Of a stretch of DNA of 64,000 nucleotides, positions 1 to 8,680 are shown piece by piece. A program made the position numbers and the translations under genes. Positions within the stretch are counted from its first letter, which is position 1; every line of letters starts with the position of its first letter. Under the pieces are notes generated by a model, which saw nothing but the letters and a program-made list of their open reading frames with translations, was not told the origin of the DNA and searched no databases. Source of the DNA: a virus. Its lineage: Duplodnaviria > Heunggongvirae > Uroviricota > Caudoviricetes. The stretch is taken from positions 1 to 64,000 of the IMG/VR virus record IMGVR_UViG_3300042914_003231. One strand, given 5' to 3'.

Positions 1-87
1 TTGGCAACTCCAGTATTACTTGAACATTGCTTGCAGTACCTTTTCCCATCCACATTCTTCCAGATATAGGCATCTTCCCCGCATCCA

Positions 88-318
88 TCACACTTTTTTT
101 TCTTCGGTTGTATTCCCATCTCCTTCGTTTTTACCTATATTTTTTTTACTTATTAACAATCCATTACCGAATGACTTGTTTAGGATAACAACTGTTGATC
201 TTACCTGAGTCAGATCGTTTTCTTGTTTTGCTAGAGCCTTCAGTATTTCTTCCTCCATTGGAGTCTCTGGACATATTAATAGGGATACTCCTTCGTTGCA
301 GATTGTTTCTACTCTCAT
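88..318 (-). CDS. hypothetical protein, 76 aa; overlaps the 3' end of 164..718 in another frame
   Basis: ORF track. The sequence looks natural (MRVETICNEGVSLLICPETPMEEEILKALAK). Its ATG lies inside the upstream ORF. Confidence 0.4.
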   Translation of the reverse strand: MRVETICNEGVSLLICPETPMEEEILKALAKQENDLTQVRSTVVILNKSFGNGLLISKKNIGKNEGDGNTTEEKKV

Positions 319-718
319 GTGTAATAGTATTTAACTCATAGAAAACTTTAGGTAATACTTTTGTTTCAATGAGTTTGTCAATAATTTGTTTTTTTGTGAT
401 TTTTAGCATTTTGAAGCTCATGTTATTCACATACTCCGGGTCCCCAGCAATACCATAATGTTTTATAAAACATTTTGTTATTTCCATATCTGGAAACCAG
501 TTCATAAAGAATTTATTGGCCAGTATATTAACTATCTCTTGCTTCCACAGATTAATCACCTTCTGTGCTTTTTTGTAGAGTTTTATAACTCTTTGTTTTT
601 TTTCTAATGACATCTCTTGTAATTCTTTCTCTGAGTACACACTTAGGCCATAAAGGGCTCTGTTGTACAGAAAGTTTTGATGATCATTGTAATTGTTTTT
701 TTCATAATGTTTTTGCAT
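164..718 (-). CDS. hypothetical protein, 184 aa
   Basis: ORF track. The last ~50 aa, which overlap 88..318, are low-complexity and look like out-of-frame translation. Confidence 0.5.
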   Translation of the reverse strand: MQKHYEKNNYNDHQNFLYNRALYGLSVYSEKELQEMSLEKKQRVIKLYKKAQKVINLWKQEIVNILANKFFMNWFPDMEITKCFIKHYGIAGDPEYVNNMSFKMLKITKKQIIDKLIETKVLPKVFYELNTITHESRNNLQRRSIPINMSRDSNGGRNTEGSSKTRKRSDSGKINSCYPKQVIR

Positions 719-760
719 AAGGGTTAAGAAGAGGGAATAGCATTGGTTAGAAAATAAGAA

Positions 761-788
761 AAAGGGTAAAGTATAAACCTTACCCTTT
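761..788 (-). terminator. rho-independent terminator after 800..1288
   Basis: 9-bp stem AAAGGGTAA/TTACCCTTT with a 10-nt loop. On the minus strand it is followed by TTCTTATTTT. Confidence 0.7.
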
Positions 789-799
789 TTCTTTACTTA

Positions 800-1288
800 T
801 TATAGATCAGCAGGATTGTTAGATTTGCTAGAAATACCAATAGAAATCTCATCGACCTTCTCTTTATTCTTAGCATATGCTTCTTTAATCGCGTCACCAT
901 TATTATGAGCTACTGAAATATCTTCAGAAGACATGTTAGTGGTGTAGAAAGTTTTACGATAGATAGGCTGCCCATCTTGACAGCATACTATGTTAGTCTT
1001 TCCTGCGATCTTGTAGTCGCGTTCAGGATCACTAGCATTGAATGGTTCAAGACTTTCCTTGAATATAATCTTACCAGGAAGTTCCTGATCTTTTTTCCAA
1101 CCGAAAGATTTTAGATCTTCTACTGTTCCATGCACTAAAGCACTGATTGTTTTTCTACGAGCAAAGCCATTGTCGTCAACAACAATACGATTTTGCTCTA
1201 CTCTTATGTGAGCCCATTCTGGGTTGTTCTTTGATACGATGACAACATTTCCTGCATCATCAGATGTTACTTTTACTTTTGAGTCCAT
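800..1288 (-). CDS. hypothetical protein, 162 aa
   Basis: ORF track; flanked by terminators on both sides. No family recognised. Confidence 0.7.
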   Translation of the reverse strand: MDSKVKVTSDDAGNVVIVSKNNPEWAHIRVEQNRIVVDDNGFARRKTISALVHGTVEDLKSFGWKKDQELPGKIIFKESLEPFNASDPERDYKIAGKTNIVCCQDGQPIYRKTFYTTNMSSEDISVAHNNGDAIKEAYAKNKEKVDEISIGISSKSNNPADL

Positions 1289-1352
1289 GATTTTTTGATT
1301 TTTGATTGTTAAACATTGATTTGATTGTTGAGTTAAATATAGTACAAATGCA

Positions 1353-1377
1353 AAAACCGAGTAACTCTCTCGGTTTT
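1353..1377 (-). terminator. rho-independent terminator after 1406..1717
   Basis: 9-bp stem AAAACCGAG/CTCGGTTTT with a 7-nt loop. Confidence 0.65.
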
Positions 1378-1405
1378 ACATATATGCTGTCATGGCCACT
1401 AACAG

Positions 1406-1717
1406 CTAATCTTGTTCTTCTGATTCTTGTAATTCTTCACTCTCTTCAGTGATTCCTACATCATCTACTGTTATTATTGCAATAGTAGTAGTGACTTGCA
1501 TAGGAATTTCTTCACTCTCTTCCTGATAGTCAATACTCTTATCATGAGTAACTTCAGTTTTCTTTTTGGGCTTTCTGATGGCTGATTCTTGCCAATGAGA
1601 CTCTGGATATTCACCAACATTACCTGCCATAAGATCTTGAATATCTTGATCTGTCATATCAAGATATTGCTCTGTAGATATATGTACAATTTTTCCGTTA
1701 GGTAGTTGGTAAATCAT
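1406..1717 (-). CDS. acidic hypothetical protein, 103 aa
   Basis: ORF track; Glu/Asp-rich C-terminus (EESEELQESEEQD). Confidence 0.65.
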   Translation of the reverse strand: MIYQLPNGKIVHISTEQYLDMTDQDIQDLMAGNVGEYPESHWQESAIRKPKKKTEVTHDKSIDYQEESEEIPMQVTTTIAIITVDDVGITEESEELQESEEQD

Positions 1718-1721
1718 TTTA

Positions 1722-1910
1722 TTATCTCAATAGGCTAATAAGAACAATCCCTAATGCTACACAGGCAAAAAAGATATCTCTTCTTTTAATGTTCTGCTGC
1801 AGAGTGGCAATCTGTTTCTCTAAAGCTGCTACCTTCTCTTCATATTTGTCAAGGTATACATACTTTTTCTTTTTCGGCCAACCCATTCTTCTTTCTTCTT
1901 GTTCTTGCAT
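1722..1910 (-). CDS. small protein with a C-terminal transmembrane anchor, 62 aa
   Basis: ORF track; hydrophobic tail FFACVALGIVLISLL. Confidence 0.55.
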   Translation of the reverse strand: MQEQEERRMGWPKKKKYVYLDKYEEKVAALEKQIATLQQNIKRRDIFFACVALGIVLISLLR

Positions 1911-1940
1911 AGTTATTCTTTACACAAATATACACCTTTT

Positions 1941-2453
1941 TTAAAAAGGTTGATCATCTGCTGGGATAATAGGAGTTTGTTCACTTAAGGCATCCAAAAG
2001 ATCTAAAAAGGATTCTTCTTTATATGCTATGACATACTCTAATGCCTGATAAGTCACCTGTTTTATTGCTCCACTATCCATAAATGTGAAGCTAAGCACA
2101 TAAGGAGAACTATGATAAAGATTTACGTCCTCAATCTGACAAAGTAATAATCCTTCTTTATCATAAGAGGCTCCTTCTTTCCAGTGTGGCATTTTCTTAG
2201 TTTCCCGTTTATCTACCTTCCAAGATGGTAAATGACCAAACTTAACCCAGACCATATCACCCTTCTTATACTTGACTGTAGGATATATGCCTACCAAGGC
2301 TTTCATAAGCCCCGGTAAAGCATGATCTATAGTGTTTAAATAACCCACAATAACTTCTGCCAGCTTTTCATCACTAGGATCTTTTAGCCTAGTCATCAAA
2401 GCTTCTTTCACTTGATCAGGAGAGCATTCGATCATTATTTTCTTTTCACTCAT
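1941..2453 (-). CDS. hypothetical protein, 170 aa
   Basis: ORF track; 4-nt overlap with the next gene. Confidence 0.7.
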   Translation of the reverse strand: MSEKKIMIECSPDQVKEALMTRLKDPSDEKLAEVIVGYLNTIDHALPGLMKALVGIYPTVKYKKGDMVWVKFGHLPSWKVDKRETKKMPHWKEGASYDKEGLLLCQIEDVNLYHSSPYVLSFTFMDSGAIKQVTYQALEYVIAYKEESFLDLLDALSEQTPIIPADDQPF

Positions 2454-2797
2454 TGTGTTTCCATAAACCAGGTTATGTATTCGCGATAAAGACCGTTAGG
2501 TCTTCTGTTCTTAAACCTGTTGCTACTAATAAAGTGGAACCATACTCCAAATAGGAATATGCTACTAAATAGGACCGCATCTACCTTTAAGTTAAACCCA
2601 TTGTCAAGGGCACTTACATAAGGTACTATAGCCGGTCTTGGATTTAGTATTCCAAATATGATGAAAACCAAGGTCTCCATCACTAGTACAGGTATCAAGG
2701 ATTGCATTAGTATCCTGAATGCTATCCTCACAAAGTTTGTTGTCTTCATACTTATAATATAAATTATTGGTGATAACATCCAGTAACGAGTTATCAA
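2450..2797 (-). CDS. integral membrane protein, 115 aa
   Basis: ORF track; several hydrophobic segments. Confidence 0.6.
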   Translation of the reverse strand: MITRYWMLSPIIYIISMKTTNFVRIAFRILMQSLIPVLVMETLVFIIFGILNPRPAIVPYVSALDNGFNLKVDAVLFSSIFLFGVWFHFISSNRFKNRRPNGLYREYITWFMETQ

Positions 2798-2802
2798 CAG
2801 AC

Positions 2803-3027
2803 CTATGTTGATAATTTCTCATTCACTATAGTGATTTTTACCACATCATGGTGATAATGCAACCAGGCTTTTGCCTTCTTAATGTCTTCATCCGTGTGAT
2901 GACTTTCTTTAAATAGCTGGTAAGCACATCCTCCTGGACCTGCTAGATCTTCTCGGTAGAGCATATCATTGATATCTCCACCAGTTGCCCCATTGGGTCT
3001 TAGTTCTTTTAGAGTTAGAGTACTCAT
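2803..3027 (-). CDS. hypothetical protein, 74 aa
   Basis: ORF track. Confidence 0.6.
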   Translation of the reverse strand: MSTLTLKELRPNGATGGDINDMLYREDLAGPGGCAYQLFKESHHTDEDIKKAKAWLHYHHDVVKITIVNEKLST

Positions 3028-3188
3028 TTTGTAGAATTATTATCCACAAAATAAGTATCGGCTTCTTTTCCTACTACCAATTTAAACCTGAATGTACAGG
3101 TCAATATGGCTATTAGGATCAAGAAAGCACATGCCTTAGGATGGCTTTCTATTGCTGCTAGGAATGTTTCCATGCTGAATTCCTCCAT
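3024..3188 (-). CDS. small membrane protein, 54 aa (below the track cut-off)
   Basis: Manual translation: MEEFSMETFLAAIESHPKACAFLILIAILTCTFRFKLVVGKEADTYFVDNNSTK. Start and stop overlap the neighbouring genes (ATGA-type junctions), filling an otherwise empty gap. Confidence 0.4.
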   Translation of the reverse strand: MEEFSMETFLAAIESHPKACAFLILIAILTCTFRFKLVVGKEADTYFVDNNSTK

Positions 3189-3421
3189 TATGTTCTTTTT
3201 TTAATGCCGAACGCTATACCTATTTGTGAGGTATAGATGAATCGGTCTGATTGTTCTGTATCTATGTGTGCCCATGGTGGTACTATCTCCTTAACCAGAG
3301 TATCAAAGTCTGAGGGTTCCATAATAACCAACAGTCTAAGATTCTCTGGCATCGGGGATAGTCTATACACATGATGGGCAAACAATTCGATATCAGCTTG
3401 TGTTTTTAGGTTGTTTTCCAT
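3188..3421 (-). CDS. hypothetical protein, 77 aa
   Basis: ORF track. Confidence 0.6.
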   Translation of the reverse strand: MENNLKTQADIELFAHHVYRLSPMPENLRLLVIMEPSDFDTLVKEIVPPWAHIDTEQSDRFIYTSQIGIAFGIKKRT

Positions 3422-4755
3422 TAGAATGGTAATTCTGCAAAATCTGTTACTGGAGCCTTGTCTCCTAATGCACTTCTATAATCCAGTAAGTGCTGGGTGA
3501 TCATATCTCTCAATTCCTGTGGTGGATTGTGACCTTCTCTTCCATTACGGAAGCCTTGAAGTTGGTGCATGCGTAAGCTCTTACCTACTTCCAGAGTATA
3601 CCGGATATCCTTGTATACCATAGAGAATATACCACAGTCTCCATTGTTTATTCTGCTTGCATATGTTGCTACACAATGTTCTTGTTCAATACTTTCCTGA
3701 AGCAATCGCTTCTTGCTATCAACCTCTTCTACAGGTATAGCGAAGTCCTTGAACAGACCTTTGTAATTTTTGTGCATTTTCACATGCTTCACACCCTTTA
3801 AAATTCTTTCCCTGCTAAGCTTGCTGTGTTCATCTCGCATTCTCTTGTCTGAGGTGATCTTTAAGGAGAGCTTTTTGTCCAGCTCATAGTGGTCATTCAA
3901 CCAGTCTTCTACTAACCATGACAATTCATCCTTACCAAAGCACATCTCAGAGATGAGACAACCCAGACTATACTTACTTTTAGATCCTCCTGTAAGACCG
4001 TCTAAAAAAGATATGCGAGTCTCACGAGTCTCTTCAGCTTGTTTCTTTTCTTTTTCCAGGATAAACTGACAAACTCTGTTCATCTCTCCTGGATTCTGAA
4101 GTACTTTGCAAAGAACATCTAAACCCTTTATGCTTAACTTTTCAATAAGCAGTTTAGGTATCTTTACATTGTACATCTTCTCAATGACTTCAGCCTCATT
4201 TTTAGTGTTCATAAAGTTTCTGGTAAGAACTTTATCTAATACTGGCTGGTAGTCAATGTTAAGAACTGTTTTCAAGATCTGAGGACCATATGTATGAGGA
4301 ATGCGACCACCCTTCATTATTCTCGGGCCTCTGTATCTTCTGCTGGCTATGAACACATACAATTGTTTACTGTAACAAAAGATAGGATGGTTTTTCTTAA
4401 AAGGATAGAATCGGTTCTTTTTGTAAGCATAAGCATATCCATGCTCAAACTCGGCAATACTGATGCGATCTTTTTCTTTGTTGTAGAGTATAGAAAGAAC
4501 TGTTTTAACAGGCCTAGACCTATATCCATTGACTGCTTTCATGTATATCTCTGAGTCTGGTTCATGTTTCCAACCATGCTCTTTGAAATAGTTCTTACAG
4601 TACTCAATTGCTTTTAAGTTATCAGGAGAGGTCATGTCAAAGTAATAGGAGATGAATTGCTCATTCTCTATTACCTTAACCTCCCTTTCATCAGACTGTG
4701 GACGGTATAGATCCTTTACAGTCTCTATTATCCGGTTGAATATTTCTCTTTTCAT
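3421..4755 (-). CDS. PcfJ-like protein, 444 aa
   Basis: The C-terminal segment EQEHCVATYASRINNGDCGIFSMVYKDIRYTLEV...LQGFRNG resembles the PcfJ-family signature (HCV..Y...I..G). Assigned from memory, not searched. Confidence 0.55.
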   Translation of the reverse strand: MKREIFNRIIETVKDLYRPQSDEREVKVIENEQFISYYFDMTSPDNLKAIEYCKNYFKEHGWKHEPDSEIYMKAVNGYRSRPVKTVLSILYNKEKDRISIAEFEHGYAYAYKKNRFYPFKKNHPIFCYSKQLYVFIASRRYRGPRIMKGGRIPHTYGPQILKTVLNIDYQPVLDKVLTRNFMNTKNEAEVIEKMYNVKIPKLLIEKLSIKGLDVLCKVLQNPGEMNRVCQFILEKEKKQAEETRETRISFLDGLTGGSKSKYSLGCLISEMCFGKDELSWLVEDWLNDHYELDKKLSLKITSDKRMRDEHSKLSRERILKGVKHVKMHKNYKGLFKDFAIPVEEVDSKKRLLQESIEQEHCVATYASRINNGDCGIFSMVYKDIRYTLEVGKSLRMHQLQGFRNGREGHNPPQELRDMITQHLLDYRSALGDKAPVTDFAELPF

Positions 4756-4784
4756 GTGGGTTGGTTTTTGAGTTGGTTAATTTT

Positions 4785-5084
4785 TTATTCATTTACCCAT
4801 AACTCAACAGTCATGGTAGACATACTGATAAGTTTTACTACAAGATTCTTCTTGTGTTTGGTCAACAAGTAGTTGTAAAGGTCAAAGTATGGTTGTTTAA
4901 GATCATGTGCACCAAAGCCACTGCTCTGTGATAGTTTCTCCTCATAATGCTCTCTTTCAAACTTGAAAAGGAATCTTTGCACTTTACTGCCTTTATAATT
5001 TTCTTGAGCCTGCTTTTTCAAGCTGGCCAGAGTAGGAGCAGAAGCCTTTGCTTCTGCCCTTTTCTTGGTTGTTTTTTTTGCCAT
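4785..5084 (-). CDS. small basic protein, 99 aa
   Basis: ORF track; Lys/Ala-rich N-terminus MAKKTTKKRAEAKAS. Confidence 0.6.
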   Translation of the reverse strand: MAKKTTKKRAEAKASAPTLASLKKQAQENYKGSKVQRFLFKFEREHYEEKLSQSSGFGAHDLKQPYFDLYNYLLTKHKKNLVVKLISMSTMTVELWVNE

Positions 5085-5486
5085 TTATTTATTTGCTAAT
5101 GGTTTATTTGTTAGAGGAGTCAGACTATAGCCATTTTTTGTTAGCTTTAGTACAGCATCATATTCCTTATAGAAGTCTACATCTATAGTAAATGAACCGG
5201 ATTGTGTGACATCAAGCATAAGAAACTTAACATTCTGGTTCTTATCTTGGAACCTTATTAAGTACTTTGCACCTAGATCACAAGCTATGGAATAATACTT
5301 CCTAGCCTTTGTACGGTATTCACTTACAAATGTACCTTCATGATTCATCTTGTAAACAGTGAAGTTTACATTTTTCTGATGGAGAAACTCTCCTTCAAGA
5401 ATAAGATGATACGGATCTTTTGTTTTTCCTTGTACTGATATGGTACATAACAGTACCACAATTAGTGAGTTGATTAACTTTTTCAT
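5085..5486 (-). CDS. secreted protein with signal peptide, 133 aa
   Basis: N-terminus MKKLINSLIVVLLCTISVQG is signal-peptide-like. Confidence 0.65.
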   Translation of the reverse strand: MKKLINSLIVVLLCTISVQGKTKDPYHLILEGEFLHQKNVNFTVYKMNHEGTFVSEYRTKARKYYSIACDLGAKYLIRFQDKNQNVKFLMLDVTQSGSFTIDVDFYKEYDAVLKLTKNGYSLTPLTNKPLANK

Positions 5487-5530
5487 TTTGAGTTGATATT
5501 AGATTGTTGCACCAACTGCCCGGTGCCGGC

Positions 5531-6514
5531 TTATTTCATGTTGAACATTGCTGAAGTATTCCCACCCAACATGGTGGTAGGATACTTACCATCCCAGTTA
5601 GAAGCTCTGATGTAATCGATATACTGTTGGCTTAACTGTGCTTGCTTAAGCTTCATAGCCTTAGATTCTGCATCTGCTTCTACTAACATGGCTTGTGCTC
5701 TACCTGAAGCTGTAATAACGGCTTTGGCTGAATCACCTCTAGCTAGGGCAATCTTGGTTTTGGCTTGTGCATCTGCAACAATAGCCTTTTGTATTTCCCC
5801 TTGAGCTAGCTGTACAGCCTTAGTCTTTTCTTCGATCGCGTTTCTTAATGCTTCTGGTGGAACAATATTAGTTCTAAGCTGAGATATGACAAACCATTTA
5901 CTAGTCCTCTTATTACATTCTGTAACAATCTCTGCTTCAAACTGCTCTCTCTTATTAAAGATGTCATCTACAGACCATCTATTTGCCACATCATTTACTG
6001 ATCCCACAATAGCTGTCATTAACCATCCTTGTTCTATATCCTTCACTCCGAGTCTTAGAGCTTCAAACATATCTCCGACTGCATCTGCTTTTAAGGAATA
6101 GTTGAAGGTTGGTTTAATAACTGCTGAGAATCCTCCCTTTGTTATGACACCCTGATCACCATATTCAATATGTTGCTGGTAAGTAGGAAATTCATACAGT
6201 TTTTCTACCCATGTATTATAAGCTACCCAACCGGTTTTATACTGGTAGTCACTGACCCCGCGTTCATCACCTGATAGTTTAACTTTAATACCTACATGAC
6301 CAGCATCTACCCTCTCAAGGGTGTAAGGTTGAAATATGGCAACAAGCATACCTATAATGAGGATCAATAAAGGCTTAATTAGCCATGCCGGATTAGTTTT
6401 TTCAACCAAGTCATTGTACCGATCCTTAGTTTTGATTTTTGCATTTTCGCGGGTGCTAAATAGCATACCGATTACAAATAGGAGCACTGCTCCAAAAATT
6501 ATCCATGAAATCAT
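5531..6514 (-). CDS. SPFH/band-7 (prohibitin/HflC-like) membrane protein, 327 aa
   Basis: N-terminal TM segments, then VDAGHVGIKV... and an Ala/Gln/Lys-rich coiled tail (AIEEKTKAVQLAQGEIQKAIVADAQAKTKIALARG) typical of SPFH domains. Confidence 0.75.
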   Translation of the reverse strand: MISWIIFGAVLLFVIGMLFSTRENAKIKTKDRYNDLVEKTNPAWLIKPLLILIIGMLVAIFQPYTLERVDAGHVGIKVKLSGDERGVSDYQYKTGWVAYNTWVEKLYEFPTYQQHIEYGDQGVITKGGFSAVIKPTFNYSLKADAVGDMFEALRLGVKDIEQGWLMTAIVGSVNDVANRWSVDDIFNKREQFEAEIVTECNKRTSKWFVISQLRTNIVPPEALRNAIEEKTKAVQLAQGEIQKAIVADAQAKTKIALARGDSAKAVITASGRAQAMLVEADAESKAMKLKQAQLSQQYIDYIRASNWDGKYPTTMLGGNTSAMFNMK

Positions 6515-6729
6515 TTTTCTTCTTCTTTTTTAGGGTTATTAATGTTTAAAATTTTCTGTAGCAATCTTACTATATACCATACATAGGCTACAACCATGAT
6601 GATATAAATTACAGTAGCCATTGAAAATAGTGGTATTGGGAAAAGAGGCCTTGAGATAAGCTCAAAGTAACTATCACTTGCTCCTATTACTACCATAGTA
6701 ACAAACAGGAATATGATCAGATTCTTCAT
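6511..6729 (-). CDS. small membrane protein, 72 aa, translationally coupled to the SPFH gene
   Basis: Two to three hydrophobic segments; 4-nt overlaps on both sides. Confidence 0.6.
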   Translation of the reverse strand: MKNLIIFLFVTMVVIGASDSYFELISRPLFPIPLFSMATVIYIIMVVAYVWYIVRLLQKILNINNPKKEEEK

Positions 6730-7112
6730 TCTTTAGGTCCTCCCATTCCACCACCTCCTAGTATTCTTACTATTGGGTGGTTCATTTGAGATCTCATGTC
6801 AGAAATCACATACATTACATAAGCTAACTCATTTGCGTGCTTGCAGAATGTAGATGCTTCTACCATTGCTGCGGTCAGTTTATCAGTTGCTATGAATGCT
6901 TTTCTTGCATAAGACTCAAGTTCGATAAGCCTTTCTTCAGTGATACCTAGAGCCTCAAATATTTTCTCTGAGTCAGGATTGATACATTTAACATGAAGAT
7001 GTTCGGCCTTATCTACTGTACTTACATCCATCAATGTGATAGATACTTTTGTTCTTTTTACAGGAGCTTTTTTCTTTGCCGGAGCTTTTTTCTTTGTAGG
7101 TGTTTTTGCCAT
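6726..7112 (-). CDS. protein with a histone-H1-like basic N-terminus, 128 aa
   Basis: MAKTPTKKKAPAKKKAPVKRTK...; ends ILGGGGMGGPKE. Confidence 0.65.
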   Translation of the reverse strand: MAKTPTKKKAPAKKKAPVKRTKVSITLMDVSTVDKAEHLHVKCINPDSEKIFEALGITEERLIELESYARKAFIATDKLTAAMVEASTFCKHANELAYVMYVISDMRSQMNHPIVRILGGGGMGGPKE

Positions 7113-7122
7113 ACTAATGGAT

Positions 7123-7153
7123 TGTTTAAATGTTTAATGTTTAAATGTTTAAA
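7123..7153. repeat. tandem TGTTTAA(A) x4, 11-41 nt upstream of the 7112 start codon
   Basis: Read directly: tgtttaaa tgtttaa tgtttaaa tgtttaaa. Confidence 0.9.
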
Positions 7154-7225
7154 TAATAAAGTCACCCAGTAAAAGAACTGATATAGACTATGGTACTGTT
7201 AAAATTAAGGTCAAAGACCTTCCCT

Positions 7226-7671
7226 TGTTATAAAGGCAAAGGTGAAAACCAAGTCTTGTTTATACTATCACAAGGGCCAAGCCTCTACTCTCATAGGGCA
7301 AACAAAGGTCCTCTTAATGTGATAGAGTGATCCAATTATCTCCTTTCGGAGTAACCTGTTCACTGGTTGATACTTTTTATGAAAGCTCAAAAACAATAGG
7401 GGGTTTCACAAGGGAAGCGGTTGATGGGCACACCAGGTACCCGTTTAATTTAACATGATCCAAATTCATGTCTCCATTAGCAGTGGAGTGCTATTTTTCA
7501 GATAGCGAATAATAGTTTATATGTATAGTTCTTTTACCAAGCATAAAGATCTGCAGATATCAGCTTCTGCTTCTTCTACAGATCACCTTTAGGGGAGCTC
7601 TCCCAGCGTCACCTTCCTCACAGGACCGTATGCTTAACACTTAAGTTGGTAGGACTGGTAACAGGAGAGCA
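7226..7671. ncRNA. candidate structured RNA or long leader (ORF-free, GC-enriched)
   Basis: No ORF of 60 aa or more in six frames. Contains a UUUC-looped hairpin CTCC-TTTC-GGAG, long-range pairs ACTATCAC/GTGATAG and GCTCTCC/GGAGAGC, and the palindrome ATCTGCAGAT. No family recognised. Confidence 0.3.
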
Positions 7672-7718
7672 TAATAAAATGTGGGAGGGGCCGGGTCTTC
7701 GAAGCCCCTTTATCCCAC
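7672..7718 (-). terminator. terminator after 7728..8648
   Basis: Two-tier hairpin GTGGGA-GGGGC...GCCCC-TTTA-TCCCAC, followed on the minus strand by ATTTTATTA. Confidence 0.7.
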
Positions 7719-7727
7719 TAGAGTGTA

Positions 7728-8648
7728 TTAGACCTCAGGTTCTAGTCCTTTTAAGAACTGATCAATAGTTGCCTGAAATCTAGGATCGATCTGAATACGC
7801 ATTGCTGCAGTAGTCTTGATTTGCTCCTGGCGGTCAGCTTCGAATGACTCCTTCTCTACCTTAATGGCATCAGAGTATTCATCCATAGCTTTATTCCACT
7901 CATTACGCAACTTCTCATTGCGATTGTTCACCTCAGCTTGCTTTACAGCATTCTCTTTAGCAATGCGAGCATTCTCCTCAGTCACAAGGTTCTTAACCTT
8001 GGCTTTGTAGTAGTTCACGCGTTGCTCATACTTGCGGTGAAGAGTGGCTAAAGTCTCATGATGAGCTAATAACTCTTCAGATGTGTGATGTACTTCTACC
8101 TTAATAGGTGTGCGCTCTCCATCCTTGATAGTTATCCAATCAAGAGCTTTTACCTTAGGTAATTCTTTTCTCAAGCCATCCAATATGGAGTCCTTGTGAA
8201 TGAACTGACCGATGTGAGCAGCATATGCCTCTGCTTCTATATACTCTGCATATTCTGCAGAAGTAAGTTTGTCCCAGCCCCAGTCCTCACCAATAGCTTT
8301 TGCAGCAACAAACTTTTCATAGCTTGGTTGCTCTGGAGCATCTTTTGGTGCTACATAAGACTTCATTCTCAGTTCAATAAGAAGATGGTCTTTAGCCTTA
8401 ATGTTTACCATTAAGAAAGCCTGGGTTGCATGAAGTTTTGCTTTCTCTTGCAACAAGTCAGCAACATCCTTTGGCATAGGTTTACCTACCTCTTGAGTAT
8501 AGGTATCTCCACCAATTTTGAATGTCTTAGTAGCATTATTGATACCACTTAACTTGTTGTTGATCTCTAATGCGCGCTGGTAGCACAAGTTAGAAATACT
8601 TTGAGCCTGAGAAAGGCTTAATCCGGTTTTAGACAAATGATGTCTCAT
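7728..8648 (-). CDS. hypothetical protein with a coiled-coil C-terminus, 306 aa
   Basis: ORF track; family not recognised. Confidence 0.7.
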   Translation of the reverse strand: MRHHLSKTGLSLSQAQSISNLCYQRALEINNKLSGINNATKTFKIGGDTYTQEVGKPMPKDVADLLQEKAKLHATQAFLMVNIKAKDHLLIELRMKSYVAPKDAPEQPSYEKFVAAKAIGEDWGWDKLTSAEYAEYIEAEAYAAHIGQFIHKDSILDGLRKELPKVKALDWITIKDGERTPIKVEVHHTSEELLAHHETLATLHRKYEQRVNYYKAKVKNLVTEENARIAKENAVKQAEVNNRNEKLRNEWNKAMDEYSDAIKVEKESFEADRQEQIKTTAAMRIQIDPRFQATIDQFLKGLEPEV

Positions 8649-8680
8649 GATCTTTATGGTTTCCTATACACCATTAGGTT

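Noticed and set aside
2-18. 17-nt identity between the window start (tggcaactccagtatta) and the capsid gene start (38509-38525)
   Set aside because: A single exact 17-mer match in an AT-biased 64-kb window is within chance expectation. The flanks do not align.
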